The notes below the pieces were generated by a model, which was given only the letters and a program-made list of their open reading frames with translations, was not told the DNA's origin and searched no databases. Source: Nitrospirota bacterium (lineage in GTDB: Bacteria > Nitrospirota > UBA9217). From it: 64,000 bases of DNA. The position numbers and the translations under genes were made by a program. Positions 30,701 to 39,582 of the stretch are shown piece after piece. Where the stretch lies: positions 640,001-704,000 of the forward strand of contig CAVVUN010000001.1 of assembly GCA_963751455.1 (NCBI GenBank), written 5' to 3'. How positions within the stretch are numbered: position 1 is the first letter of the stretch; each line of letters begins with the position of its first letter.

Positions 30701-33700
30701 GCCGGTATCCGCTACATATACAGATCCATCTGGTCCCACAGCAATACCCATTGGGTAATTGAATTGCCCGTAATTTTCTCCACTGCGACCCCAAACAGAG
30801 ACCAATTTTCCGGTTTTATCAAGCCTTAAGATGCGGTCGTAAGCGGAATCAGTTACGTAAAGAGAACCATCAGAACCAGCGGCTATACCATATGAACCGA
30901 AAGGAGGAAACCAGTTTTCATTGGGTAGAAAATGAACAAATCCTCTCGACGATTCCCCGCTTTTTTGCATTCTCTTCACGGCGAGTTCTAAACTGCCGCC
31001 GTTTATGCCGAATTTCCCATTAGCAATATTCGACAATGCAGTCAGTGATTCATTTTTTAAATAGACACCTTTATTCGTACTCGACTGTAATTGAGCCGTC
31101 GGCCCTTCGATGTCAAGTTGCCTATAATAAGTGGAATGATTTCCTGTTCTCACATCCTTCACTTGAACGTCCAACTGAGCAGGTCCGTTTAAAGTCTGTG
31201 CTGGCATTTGAACATCGAGCATCTGAGCTGATCCAGCCAGGATCTCACCGCTGGCATTGCCGGAAAAAACAACTATTCCTTTATTGTCATAGACAGCAAT
31301 TTTTTCCGCTAGATACGTTGTATCCACTCCACCTGTATTTTTTATGCTTAGGTTAATGGAATCACCGGCGATGATTGAATCGGAACCAGTGTAGTCTATA
31401 CCTAACAGCGATTCGGGTACTGTGAACACGACATTTTTTGCGATCTCACTTCCGGTCGGAAGTGTCAAAGCTATAGCGACTGCATGCTGGCCCGGTAAGA
31501 TAGAAGCAGGGATAGGAATGGCTAGTTTGACTGTTGAAGTTTGGGCAGTGGCGACAGTTTCTATCTCACTATGGCTATAGTTTATATCTGGGGCTGCTAC
31601 TGACACTGAAAGATTGTCAAGATTAAACTTCCCTCCATTGATAATGGCAATGGTGAGATACGATGTTTCTCTTACACTATAAGATGACTTGTCAAAAGAA
31701 GCCATAACTGTAGGAGTATTTGGGATAATAATTCCACCGCTTTGTGTTTTTCCTTGATTGTTCAAAGAATAGATTAGGCTATAATCCCCGAAGCGAGGGT
31801 TTTCGATTGGTATCGAAACATTAATTGTCGCCGTTTGGCCTGCCTGTAGAGACTGAAGCTGCTCATGGCTATCCCATATCACGGCCCCATCTGGATCTTT
31901 GAGAGATAGTGAAAGGGTAGCACAAGAAACTGGTAAAAGACCATTGTTTTTGATAGCAAAAGTTATATAGCTATTCGATCCAAACACGGGAGGGGTAATT
32001 GGCGTAACAGAAAGTAGTGTTTTGATCAACTCAAAGCTTGATCTCGTGTAGCCAATTTTTCTTGTCCCTAAATATGCATCTACTGAAACAGAGTAGAAAC
32101 CATATTTCGCGGCAGAAGGGAGATAAAAATTTAAGGTCCGCGTGGTTATCTCGTCAGCAAGAAGGTTTATATCAAGAGTTGAGCTGAAAATCTCGTCATT
32201 GTAAGGATCTGTCACACGCACCTGAAGCGCGGATGGATAACCGATATCCAATTTATTTTGAATGTTCAGTTCAATCTTTACTTCCTCTCCTGCCTCATAA
32301 CGGATATCGTTGGTCATCGAAGATACATAAATTGAAGGATTTATCATCCATATTCCTCTTTCGGCATATCCAATTTGCATCCCGCGTTCATCTAATAATT
32401 TCGCTCTCAATCTGTCTGTACCACGAACATTGTCTAAAATGTAATCAAAGCTGAGATGACTGTTTGCCGGAATCGTAATGGCCTTATTAAAATAACTATC
32501 CCATCCGAAAGAATGATGTGCTAAACCCCAGGTTACGGTAAGGTTTCGTTCGGTACCGCTATTATTCCAAATATGAAAAGTAAACGACGCACTTGAACCT
32601 GCGAAATAATTCTCAGAAGCGCTCTGAACCGATAAATTTAAATCCGGGCTCTTAAACGGATTGCTTAGCGGATTGTTTACGACAAATCTCCCTGAATCGG
32701 TCTCTGCCAGAGACTGAATGATATTGCCATGATTATCTAATAGTGTATAATCAATCTGCCAAATACCCACTGGACTTGCGGATGAGCTTGCGAACATGAA
32801 TGGCACTGAAATCAGTTGCCCTGCGGGAACAAGCTGTGATATGTCCTGTGTCAGCTGAACGTTTTTTGCTGGATCGAGCACCTTCAATTGAACATAGGAG
32901 GCATCTGTAGTGGTAGTGTTCGAAACAACGAGCAATAGCGAAGCTGTTTCACCGGGTTTTATATCCGGCAGCAGTACGGCTGATTTCGCCCAGGTTATCA
33001 TGTCCCTTACCAGAGACCGTTCTTCAGCACTGGCCTGTCCGTGCCCAAAAGCCCAATCCGAATACATACTGGTTACTATTACTCTACCCTGACCGTGTTC
33101 ATACATGATCAGTGCAGGCTGCCCATTGGCCGTCCTACGCAAAATTACGGTCGCGGTTGAAGGGAAACTCGTAAAGTATCCATCCACATTGATGGTTGGT
33201 ATGGGCCAACTTTGACCTGACAAAATCTGATGCCAGGTATCAAAGTAAACCGCATTAGTAAAACACGATTGATCTTCAGTCCATCCATACCCTGAAATTG
33301 GTTTGCCATCGGGCGTAGGCAACACCTCGAATTCATATCCATGCTGTTGTGCAAAAACTATTAACGTGCCTCCGACTTTCACATACTCATCCAACTGGGT
33401 TTTGAGGACAGATGAACCGTTGAGACCGTACAGGCCCGCCGAAGGGACAATCAATACCGGATGGTTTTGCACGATATCCGGTGAAAATGATGTCTCTACA
33501 AGCGTGTATGGTTCACCCATCTTATATAACATCATTTGCAAAGACCCGCTGAACCCGTTTGCAAGGATCGCCAGATCGGGAATCGTCTTGAATTCAGACT
33601 TCTCCGCTTTATTCAGACCGTCTAATTCTCTGATGACTTGCAGCTTTCGTGCATTCATTTCCTTGAGCGTCGGGTCGGTTATCTCTAACACCTGCTTGAG

Positions 33701-35263
33701 GTCACGGGTTATCGCCTCTTCGCCGTCCAATACAGGTTGATTGCGATAGTATTCTTCCTCACTGCGTTCCAAATTCTCCAGCTCTTTTTTCAGGAGATAG
33801 CTTTTGACTGTTGCAGTCTTGTTTTTCTTCACTGCCAGGCGCACCAGTTTATCTGCGGTAGCCGGTTGTGCATCTATTATTGAAGTCGAAGCTACATCAT
33901 AATTATCGTCGGGATGATCATTGCCCGGACAGTCCGGCGGAGGAGCCCCTTCCGCCAGGGGTTTGATCACCAAAAAACTCGGTATCAGGGTTCCCTTATC
34001 CTGGGAATCGGTTACAAACAGATCCACGTGAAAACTTTTTTGCGTATTCGTAACATTGCACGGGTCGGATGCAGGAACTGCCACATTGAATGAGAAATCG
34101 TAATTCGGCATAGCGGCAGGATTTATATCGTATGGTGAACCAACAGGGAGAACCTCGGGATCGCTATCAAGAGTGCTAGCACCCACGCTTTGGTTCACAA
34201 AATTGGACACAAGAGATACACTTTTCCATTCAGGAAGATAATGATACCTGCCTATTGCTTTCGACACTCCTGTTCCATATATCGGTTGCAAAGTGTATAC
34301 CTTTTGACCAATTCCGGTATTGTCATAGTTCAGCATATAGGATATGGATTTTATCAACAGATCGTTATCGTCAAATACTCCTCCCAGTTCTATTGTGGCA
34401 GGACCCTGTGTATAAATTACATTCGTCAGATTCGCGTTCATATTTGAATAAATTGCCTCACCGTTGTTGTCCATGACTTTTACATAAGAAAGCTGCGAAA
34501 TGGGCGCGCCTGCATCTGGTAGGTATCGCAACGGGTCTTGCAATGTGCCCGCCGCATCTCTTACTTCGAAGTGGAGATGAGGTCCGCCCAGATTGGCTGA
34601 ATAGGCGTCGACGCCATAGTTGCTTCCATTCCATGTTACCGTTGCATTGCCTGATGCGCCGCTTCTAGCCAATCTAGTTCCAGGCGCAACGATTATTAAA
34701 GTGGAATCCTGTGTAAACTGAGTGAGATGCGCATATAATGTGCTAAATCCTGAATATTGAGCCGAATTGTGAGTCACCCTTGCATACAGACCATAGCCTG
34801 TATTTATGCGGTATGGGCCCTCTCCGACTTGAAGATTGTTATATTGAAATGTCACTGTGCCAGCATCGACTGCATAAACGTCGGTTCCTATAGGCGATGC
34901 AATATCCAGACCGCTATGGCTTCCACCTGCCCTGGATCCAAATAGCCCATGAGTGCTTATGGTCCAGCCGTTCTGTTTATACCAATAAGACTGGTGGCAG
35001 GCGGCATTACTGCACTCTCTATAGCCCCGAACCTTATCGACCGCAAAAGTTTCTGAAACGGGTGCCGGGTCCGGCGTCGCCAGTGAATCCGTTTGATGGT
35101 AGGTATAAGCATATCCACTCTCATTTCTGAGCGGGTTATTCAGCTTGATCGTGTCGGGCAAAGGATTGCTGGGAAAAGCAGCATACGCAACAGAGATAAA
35201 CGCGTCCAAAATCACGAAAGCTGATAAAACTACTGAGCTATAAAGGCGTTTTGTCCTATTCAT
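27680..35263 (-). CDS. Giant secreted protein 1, N-terminal 2,500 aa: signal peptide, M23 peptidase, GATase-like fold, Ig-like domains and NHL propellers
   Basis: Start ATG 35263 behind GGAGGG; signal ends ..AYA-AF. M23 motifs HSGLD, YAHL and GPHLHFEVR. About 11 NHL repeats (P.GIAV..DG.VYV.D..N.RIQKFD) at roughly 29110-30900. Confidence 0.88.
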   Translation of the reverse strand: MNRTKRLYSSVVLSAFVILDAFISVAYAAFPSNPLPDTIKLNNPLRNESGYAYTYHQTDSLATPDPAPVSETFAVDKVRGYRECSNAACHQSYWYKQNGWTISTHGLFGSRAGGSHSGLDIASPIGTDVYAVDAGTVTFQYNNLQVGEGPYRINTGYGLYARVTHNSAQYSGFSTLYAHLTQFTQDSTLIIVAPGTRLARSGASGNATVTWNGSNYGVDAYSANLGGPHLHFEVRDAAGTLQDPLRYLPDAGAPISQLSYVKVMDNNGEAIYSNMNANLTNVIYTQGPATIELGGVFDDNDLLIKSISYMLNYDNTGIGQKVYTLQPIYGTGVSKAIGRYHYLPEWKSVSLVSNFVNQSVGASTLDSDPEVLPVGSPYDINPAAMPNYDFSFNVAVPASDPCNVTNTQKSFHVDLFVTDSQDKGTLIPSFLVIKPLAEGAPPPDCPGNDHPDDNYDVASTSIIDAQPATADKLVRLAVKKNKTATVKSYLLKKELENLERSEEEYYRNQPVLDGEEAITRDLKQVLEITDPTLKEMNARKLQVIRELDGLNKAEKSEFKTIPDLAILANGFSGSLQMMLYKMGEPYTLVETSFSPDIVQNHPVLIVPSAGLYGLNGSSVLKTQLDEYVKVGGTLIVFAQQHGYEFEVLPTPDGKPISGYGWTEDQSCFTNAVYFDTWHQILSGQSWPIPTINVDGYFTSFPSTATVILRRTANGQPALIMYEHGQGRVIVTSMYSDWAFGHGQASAEERSLVRDMITWAKSAVLLPDIKPGETASLLLVVSNTTTTDASYVQLKVLDPAKNVQLTQDISQLVPAGQLISVPFMFASSSASPVGIWQIDYTLLDNHGNIIQSLAETDSGRFVVNNPLSNPFKSPDLNLSVQSASENYFAGSSASFTFHIWNNSGTERNLTVTWGLAHHSFGWDSYFNKAITIPANSHLSFDYILDNVRGTDRLRAKLLDERGMQIGYAERGIWMINPSIYVSSMTNDIRYEAGEEVKIELNIQNKLDIGYPSALQVRVTDPYNDEIFSSTLDINLLADEITTRTLNFYLPSAAKYGFYSVSVDAYLGTRKIGYTRSSFELIKTLLSVTPITPPVFGSNSYITFAIKNNGLLPVSCATLSLSLKDPDGAVIWDSHEQLQSLQAGQTATINVSIPIENPRFGDYSLIYSLNNQGKTQSGGIIIPNTPTVMASFDKSSYSVRETSYLTIAIINGGKFNLDNLSVSVAAPDINYSHSEIETVATAQTSTVKLAIPIPASILPGQHAVAIALTLPTGSEIAKNVVFTVPESLLGIDYTGSDSIIAGDSINLSIKNTGGVDTTYLAEKIAVYDNKGIVVFSGNASGEILAGSAQMLDVQMPAQTLNGPAQLDVQVKDVRTGNHSTYYRQLDIEGPTAQLQSSTNKGVYLKNESLTALSNIANGKFGINGGSLELAVKRMQKSGESSRGFVHFLPNENWFPPFGSYGIAAGSDGSLYVTDSAYDRILRLDKTGKLVSVWGRSGENYGQFNYPMGIAVGPDGSVYVADTGNNRIQKFDAFGNFIAAWGTSGWLNGQFDTPKSVAVSVDGFVYVSDTGHDRVQKFDSNGNFIAIIGDWGWLDGQFMTPEGLCVGVDGSLYVADAGNHRIQKFDSSGNFIMSWGDDNTAYGGLSWIFGLGVGPDGSVYSTDYGAKRILKFDENGNYVTSWDLDGSPYGIAITRDGSIYAEATVEGIDNILKFDNNGNLVTTWESYCQTDSNYDGNPEHLCEGLLYSPYGVAAAPDGSLYVTDSYNSRIQKYDASGNFVSQTGNYCRTDSNWDGISDKECDGKFSWPMGIAVSTDGSVYVTDYDNNLIQKLDANGNFISKWGTRCIVDTNWDGIPDRECKGGFLGPYGIGADQRGFLYVADYINHQIQKFDGNGNFISKWGTRCIADSNWDGIPDKECDGNFYYPSGLAISPEGYIYVSDGNNRIQKFDSDGNFISKLGNYCSTDSDGDGVADQPCDGQFSWPEGVAIDSDGSVYVGDTGNYRIQKFDSNGTFLAKWGEYGSDNGQFVYPGGLAAGSDGSIYAVDNGNNRVQNMALSQPGGIETLFAASLPINQEGDMTQDYLTDIGAVNTTGKLYLQAELKNSLGQTLANVEYPFYIVSGNTILSVATDKKVYRPGEAVTITGEVRNLASVDAVNQTTELGQQRPDGTTETIYAETFSVAAGGNYPFSATTIAVTDGTVVLTGRVTQNNSTLVEIADQFEVASPNISTAISMPEVTGNEPFDINVELQNEGKIAASVGCGVQSAGFEDVQQIRLQPGETKQLQYSQQIASNTEYTFTFSGDLNQTVTKTVAYGLASMMTVSSQTVYPEGKIIVPVTIVNTGQLDASLDVSYELRKNGDMPNVTSKSYYLQLGASISDMLYYDLTEGDYQLMALSSSPTATTNVNFSVRKENVVDMALTVGSQNGELIPVSVNFLNNGYNTIEGNARCEITNENGDVVWNAEQTISQLTTGTSLTMSFNVNPAAMMPGAFTVKMSLLNKSGTQLTARNSSLVIQGATLEDYSAAAISDL

Positions 35264-35278
35264 ATTATAACCCTCCAC

Positions 35279-36577
35279 TTAGAAAGCAATTAAGTTATAA
35301 TTCTTACCGTTCGCGGACAGATATCGTGCATTCTTGGAAAGCGAAAATCCTAAGCTCTTTAAACGAAATGCATAAAGCTCGTTATTTTTTACTATCAAAA
35401 GAACGTTAGCATAGGGATTCGTTTTATCGTGAACAAATTCAATTCCGTTTAAAGCCCACAAATAAATAACTGATCCATCGTCATTCATCGCTATTTTTTC
35501 TACTATCAACCCCACAGTCGAAGGATCCCCAAAATTCAGTGGAACCATAATGTTTGTCTTTATACCGCCATCATTGGCATCAAAGAGATAAAGTTCCATG
35601 TACTTTTTGCGAATGGGAGGTTCTGTTTTTCTTTCGGCAATATATTTCAAGGCAAAAATGCGATACTCGTCATTCGTAATGATTGCGTCATAAAGGTTAT
35701 CGAGCAAATTTGGGAATAAATTTTCATTGCTCCATACCTTGTCTCCATTTCCGGCTTCAAAAACAGCAAGTGTCCGTTGTGATTTTACGAGAATCCGTTG
35801 TCCATCTTTAAACATCTTTCCCCATGTTTCCGAACTGGTCTCTGATTTGCTTTTCATATACTCTCTAATAAATCCACTTTGACATGAAAACAGCTTAACG
35901 CCTACCTTTGATGGGAATTTCAGAATCTTCTTCTCAAAATAGTAAGAATGATCCACCGCAAGGCGGGACAGGATGAATACATCGGACTCGTTGGCAAAGT
36001 GGATTTCGGCTGCAGGATTCGTCAACCCAGGCTCATCATATTTCCAGTGCACTTCGCTCGTCCCGGGATCTATGCTTCTGATCCAATCGTGTCTCTGTTT
36101 CTTATCATCAAAATAACCTCCAAATTCGACGACACATTTGCCATTTAGACTTTGAATCGCATAGAGATGATTATAGTGGCCCTCGTCGCCGAATGCGTCT
36201 CTCTCAAGCCACTTTTTTATCTGCTTTCTCTCTTCCGTTTCAGGAAGCTTTACTTCGGGCTTTTTCTCTTCCTTCGGGAACTCCACTCCGTCAGGAAGTT
36301 TATCAACCACTGGAAATACATCATCCAGCGTGGGCAAATCTTTCAGACTGCCCCATGTAACGACCGGCAACCCTTCTTCACTCACCACTTCCTTGCCGCG
36401 AGCACGTTCGAGAGCCGATAGTTGTTGTTTCGCCTTTGCGCCTGCTTGTTGCTCAGACTGTTGAGTGGCACTATTCTGTGGTTGGACTGGAGTGCCACCC
36501 TCTTTTGTTTTCTTACAAGCGAAGGAGAGAAAGCAGATAACAGATAGCGCGATACTAACGAATATGATTTTCTTCAT
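35279..36577 (-). CDS. Lipoprotein B, candidate immunity/partner protein of the giant
   Basis: MKKIIFVSIALSVICFLSFA-C lipobox, Q/P-rich tether, beta-propeller-like C-terminal part; directly upstream of the giant gene. Confidence 0.8.
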   Translation of the reverse strand: MKKIIFVSIALSVICFLSFACKKTKEGGTPVQPQNSATQQSEQQAGAKAKQQLSALERARGKEVVSEEGLPVVTWGSLKDLPTLDDVFPVVDKLPDGVEFPKEEKKPEVKLPETEERKQIKKWLERDAFGDEGHYNHLYAIQSLNGKCVVEFGGYFDDKKQRHDWIRSIDPGTSEVHWKYDEPGLTNPAAEIHFANESDVFILSRLAVDHSYYFEKKILKFPSKVGVKLFSCQSGFIREYMKSKSETSSETWGKMFKDGQRILVKSQRTLAVFEAGNGDKVWSNENLFPNLLDNLYDAIITNDEYRIFALKYIAERKTEPPIRKKYMELYLFDANDGGIKTNIMVPLNFGDPSTVGLIVEKIAMNDDGSVIYLWALNGIEFVHDKTNPYANVLLIVKNNELYAFRLKSLGFSLSKNARYLSANGKNYNLIAF

Positions 36578-36593
36578 TTTTTCTTTCCTCCAT

Positions 36594-37132
36594 CGTCATA
36601 TGAGCATATAGTGTGCTTACTCCGGAATATTAAACAGAATTGTGAGTCACCCGTACGTATAGACCGTAGCCCGTATTGATACGGTATGGTCCTCTCCGAC
36701 TTGTAGATTGTTATATTGAAATGTCACAGTGCCAGCATCGACTGCATAAACGTCGGTTCCTATAGGCGCTGCAATATCCAGACCGCTATGGCTTCCACCT
36801 GCCCTGGATCCAAATAGCCCATGAGTGCTTATGGTCCAGCCGTTCTGTTTATACCAATAAGACTGGTGGCAGGCGGCGTTACTACATTCTCGGAACCCTT
36901 TGACTTTATCGACAATGAAATTTTCAGAAGCCGGCGACGGATTCGGCATAGTAAGAGAATTTGTTGGAACGTATGAATACGTATAGCCAGCTTCATTCCT
37001 GAGTGGATTGTTCATTTTAACCGTATCAGGTAGCGGGTTATTGGGGAAAACGGCAAAGGCGGGATAAACGCAAACAAATAACAGAGAAATAAAAAGAATA
37101 CCCGGCAGAAAAATTGTATTCATGCTTTTCAT
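36594..37132 (-). pseudogene. Truncated duplicate of the giant's N-terminus (signal peptide plus first half of M23)
   Basis: Matches 34730-35200. Carries a -1 indel at about 36690 and an in-frame TAA where the giant has CAA, and breaks off after STLYAHMT at the RBS of lipoprotein B. Confidence 0.88.
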
Positions 37133-38445
37133 TTTCTCCCCTCCCCTGATATTAATTGCAAACTATAATATTTGCCGTCAGCAGCCAAGTATTTACCATC
37201 GCTGGAAAAGGCAAAACCAAAAGATTCTATTCGAAATGCATACGCGGCTCCAGCATGAGTCACCAAGAGTAGGATATTATCGTATGGATTTTTAACGTCG
37301 CCTTTAACTTGCCAGGAGGCATATTTATAGTCCATTAACCAAATGCCTGTGAGTAATCCGTCTTTTGAAACATCAAATCTTGTGTTCGTTAAATACAAGG
37401 CGTTTTTGTCACCAAGATTCGTATTTACTTTATTAGACCAGACCTCTTTTCCCGTTTTCAGCTCAAGAAGTCGATATATATCGCAGCACATGTTCTTCTT
37501 TGCATGTTGCGGGTCATGGTAGTCCACAAACAAATACGTCCCATCTGGTGAACTATTAATGGTTTGAACAACATAGCCGCTGTATTCATTTTTTTTTTGC
37601 CATTCCAAATGCCCGCCAGTATCAAACGACTCAATAGTGCCCTTAGTAGTGGCAATAATCATGTCTTTACCTTTGTCGCTCAGTATCCCCGCTACCATGG
37701 AACCAACTTCTTCTTCGCTCTTCATATATTCAAAAAGAAGTCCACTCCGGCAGGAAAATACTTTAACCCCTCTCCTTGGAGGGTATGCAACGAGTTTCTT
37801 TTCAAAATAATAAGAATGGGCCGTTCTTACATCGGACAGTAGAAAGATATCTGCTTCCAGTGCAAAAACTACCTCTACCCCCGGATTCGTCAGCCCAGGC
37901 TCATCGTACTTCCAGAGAATCTCATTCGTTTTTGGGTCGATTGACCTCAACCAGTCTTCTCGTTTTCTCTTAGCATCGAAGTAGCCGCCAAACTCGACAA
38001 TGCAATTCCCGTTGGGGCTTTTAAGTGCGTACAAGTGATTGCGACGTCCTTCATCCCCCTCTGCGTCCCTCTCAAGCCATTTCTTTATTTGCTTCCTCTC
38101 ATCCGTTTCAGGAAGCTTTACTTCGGGCTTCTTCTCTTCCCTTGGGAACTCCACCCCCTCAGGAAGCTTATCGACGACCGAAAAGACCTCGTCCAGCGAC
38201 GGCAAATCTTTCAAGCTCCCCCAGGTAACGACCGGCAAGCCCTCTTCGCTCATTACTTCCTTGCCGCGAGCGCGTTCGAGAGCCGATGGTTGTTGTTTCG
38301 CCTTTGCGCCTGTTTGTTGCTCGGGCTGTTGAGTGGCGCTATTCTGTGGTTGGACTGGAGTGAAACCCTCTTTTGTTTTCTTACAAGCGAAGGAGAGAAA
38401 GCATATAATAGATAGCGCGATACTACAGAATATGATTTTCTTCAT
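37129..38445 (-). CDS. Lipoprotein A, paralog of lipoprotein B
   Basis: MKKIIFCSIALSIICFLSFA-C lipobox behind GGAGGG. N-terminal half highly similar to 35279..36577, C-terminal half diverged. Confidence 0.8.
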   Translation of the reverse strand: MKKIIFCSIALSIICFLSFACKKTKEGFTPVQPQNSATQQPEQQTGAKAKQQPSALERARGKEVMSEEGLPVVTWGSLKDLPSLDEVFSVVDKLPEGVEFPREEKKPEVKLPETDERKQIKKWLERDAEGDEGRRNHLYALKSPNGNCIVEFGGYFDAKRKREDWLRSIDPKTNEILWKYDEPGLTNPGVEVVFALEADIFLLSDVRTAHSYYFEKKLVAYPPRRGVKVFSCRSGLLFEYMKSEEEVGSMVAGILSDKGKDMIIATTKGTIESFDTGGHLEWQKKNEYSGYVVQTINSSPDGTYLFVDYHDPQHAKKNMCCDIYRLLELKTGKEVWSNKVNTNLGDKNALYLTNTRFDVSKDGLLTGIWLMDYKYASWQVKGDVKNPYDNILLLVTHAGAAYAFRIESFGFAFSSDGKYLAADGKYYSLQLISGEGRK

Positions 38446-38755
38446 TTTCTTCCCTCCATCGATCACTGACCGATGATTGATTAACAACTCAGTTTTTTAT
38501 TAGCTGATTTTTTTGACTCGTTGGTAGGGATACAAGGTGCATTTCAGCAAAGCTTTACAAACGGGTGGAACGAAAAACGAAAATTTGTATTGCTTGACTT
38601 GAATGCTTGTGCGGATACATTCTGGAATGTAACCTGATTATTGTCGAGCTGAACTAGTTTGTCAAGGTTTTCGATGGTATTATATACGTATGCCTGTCAA
38701 ATTGAAGATATAGAAAATGTGTTAATGAAGGTATTATGACATGAAAATATCGAAG

Positions 38756-38789
38756 AAAAAACCCGCCGGAGAGTTATTAATCCAGCGGG
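38756..38789 (-). terminator. Probable intrinsic terminator after the SurA-N gene
   Basis: cccgc.gga...tcc.gcggg stem with a 6-A run on the plus strand. Confidence 0.55.
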
Positions 38790-38813
38790 CTCTTAAAGGC
38801 TCTAAGAATTTTT

Positions 38814-39506
38814 TTACGAAGCAAGCTCTCTATCTTTAATCTTGATCTCAGCCTTGTTTTTCAGGCTTTTTACGAAAACATCGAGTGCATCGCGCTGTTT
38901 TTCATCGAGAAGCGTCCGCTTGAAACTCTCCTTGTTTTTTTCATAATCGCCCTTTTTGGCCTTCGGATTCCTGGCCGCGTATGCCGCAGCAAGCTCTGCA
39001 TCGATTACCGCTACCCCGTCCTGGACCAGCCGCTCCAGTTTTTGCCTCTTGAGATATTCGCGCTGGCTCGCCTCAAAAACAGCCGGCGTCATGTTAATAT
39101 TTTGGAGCGCCCGTTCATATATCCGCTTGTCAAATTTTCCCTGGGGACTGAAGGACGGAATCTGCATGATATAGGCCTGGAGTTCTTCATCGGTTATCCG
39201 TATACCCTGTTTCTCTGATTCCTGGACGAGCAGCCGGTTTTCGATCAACTGCTGCAAGGCCTGGCTCCTGAGCATCTTGACCAGATTGTCGTTCATCTGG
39301 TCTTTGAATAACTGCCGGTAGTTTTCATACATGTTCTGATAAACGCGGTTGTAGTCATCCGCGGTTATCACATACCCGTCCACCTTAGCTACCGTCCTTC
39401 CGGCAACATCTGACGGATAAATTCCGAAAAACAAAAACGTTACCGTTACGAGCACCACAATCAGCCACATGATCCATTTCATGTGTCTATGCATTTGTTC
39501 AAGCAT
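38814..39506 (-). CDS. SurA N-terminal domain protein (PpiD-like chaperone N-terminus)
   Basis: N-terminal TM, VAKVDG..IT, ALQQLIENRLL, I.D.EL...I...P.F...GKFD. Confidence 0.85.
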   Translation of the reverse strand: MLEQMHRHMKWIMWLIVVLVTVTFLFFGIYPSDVAGRTVAKVDGYVITADDYNRVYQNMYENYRQLFKDQMNDNLVKMLRSQALQQLIENRLLVQESEKQGIRITDEELQAYIMQIPSFSPQGKFDKRIYERALQNINMTPAVFEASQREYLKRQKLERLVQDGVAVIDAELAAAYAARNPKAKKGDYEKNKESFKRTLLDEKQRDALDVFVKSLKNKAEIKIKDRELAS

Positions 39507-39582
39507 TCTCTTAACCCCCTATCAAATTCGGATTGCGGAATAAAAAAGCATGCATCCCTGCATCCTGCATCAGTCTATCACT

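Noticed and set aside
29110-30900. CRISPR-like periodic DNA repeats
   Set aside because: These are degenerate coding repeats (NHL blades) inside an open frame, with no constant repeat/unique spacer pattern and no cas genes.
34730-37132. Diversity-generating retroelement TR/VR pair (duplicated M23 segment)
   Set aside because: Mismatches are mostly synonymous and not adenine-specific, and there is no reverse transcriptase in the window.
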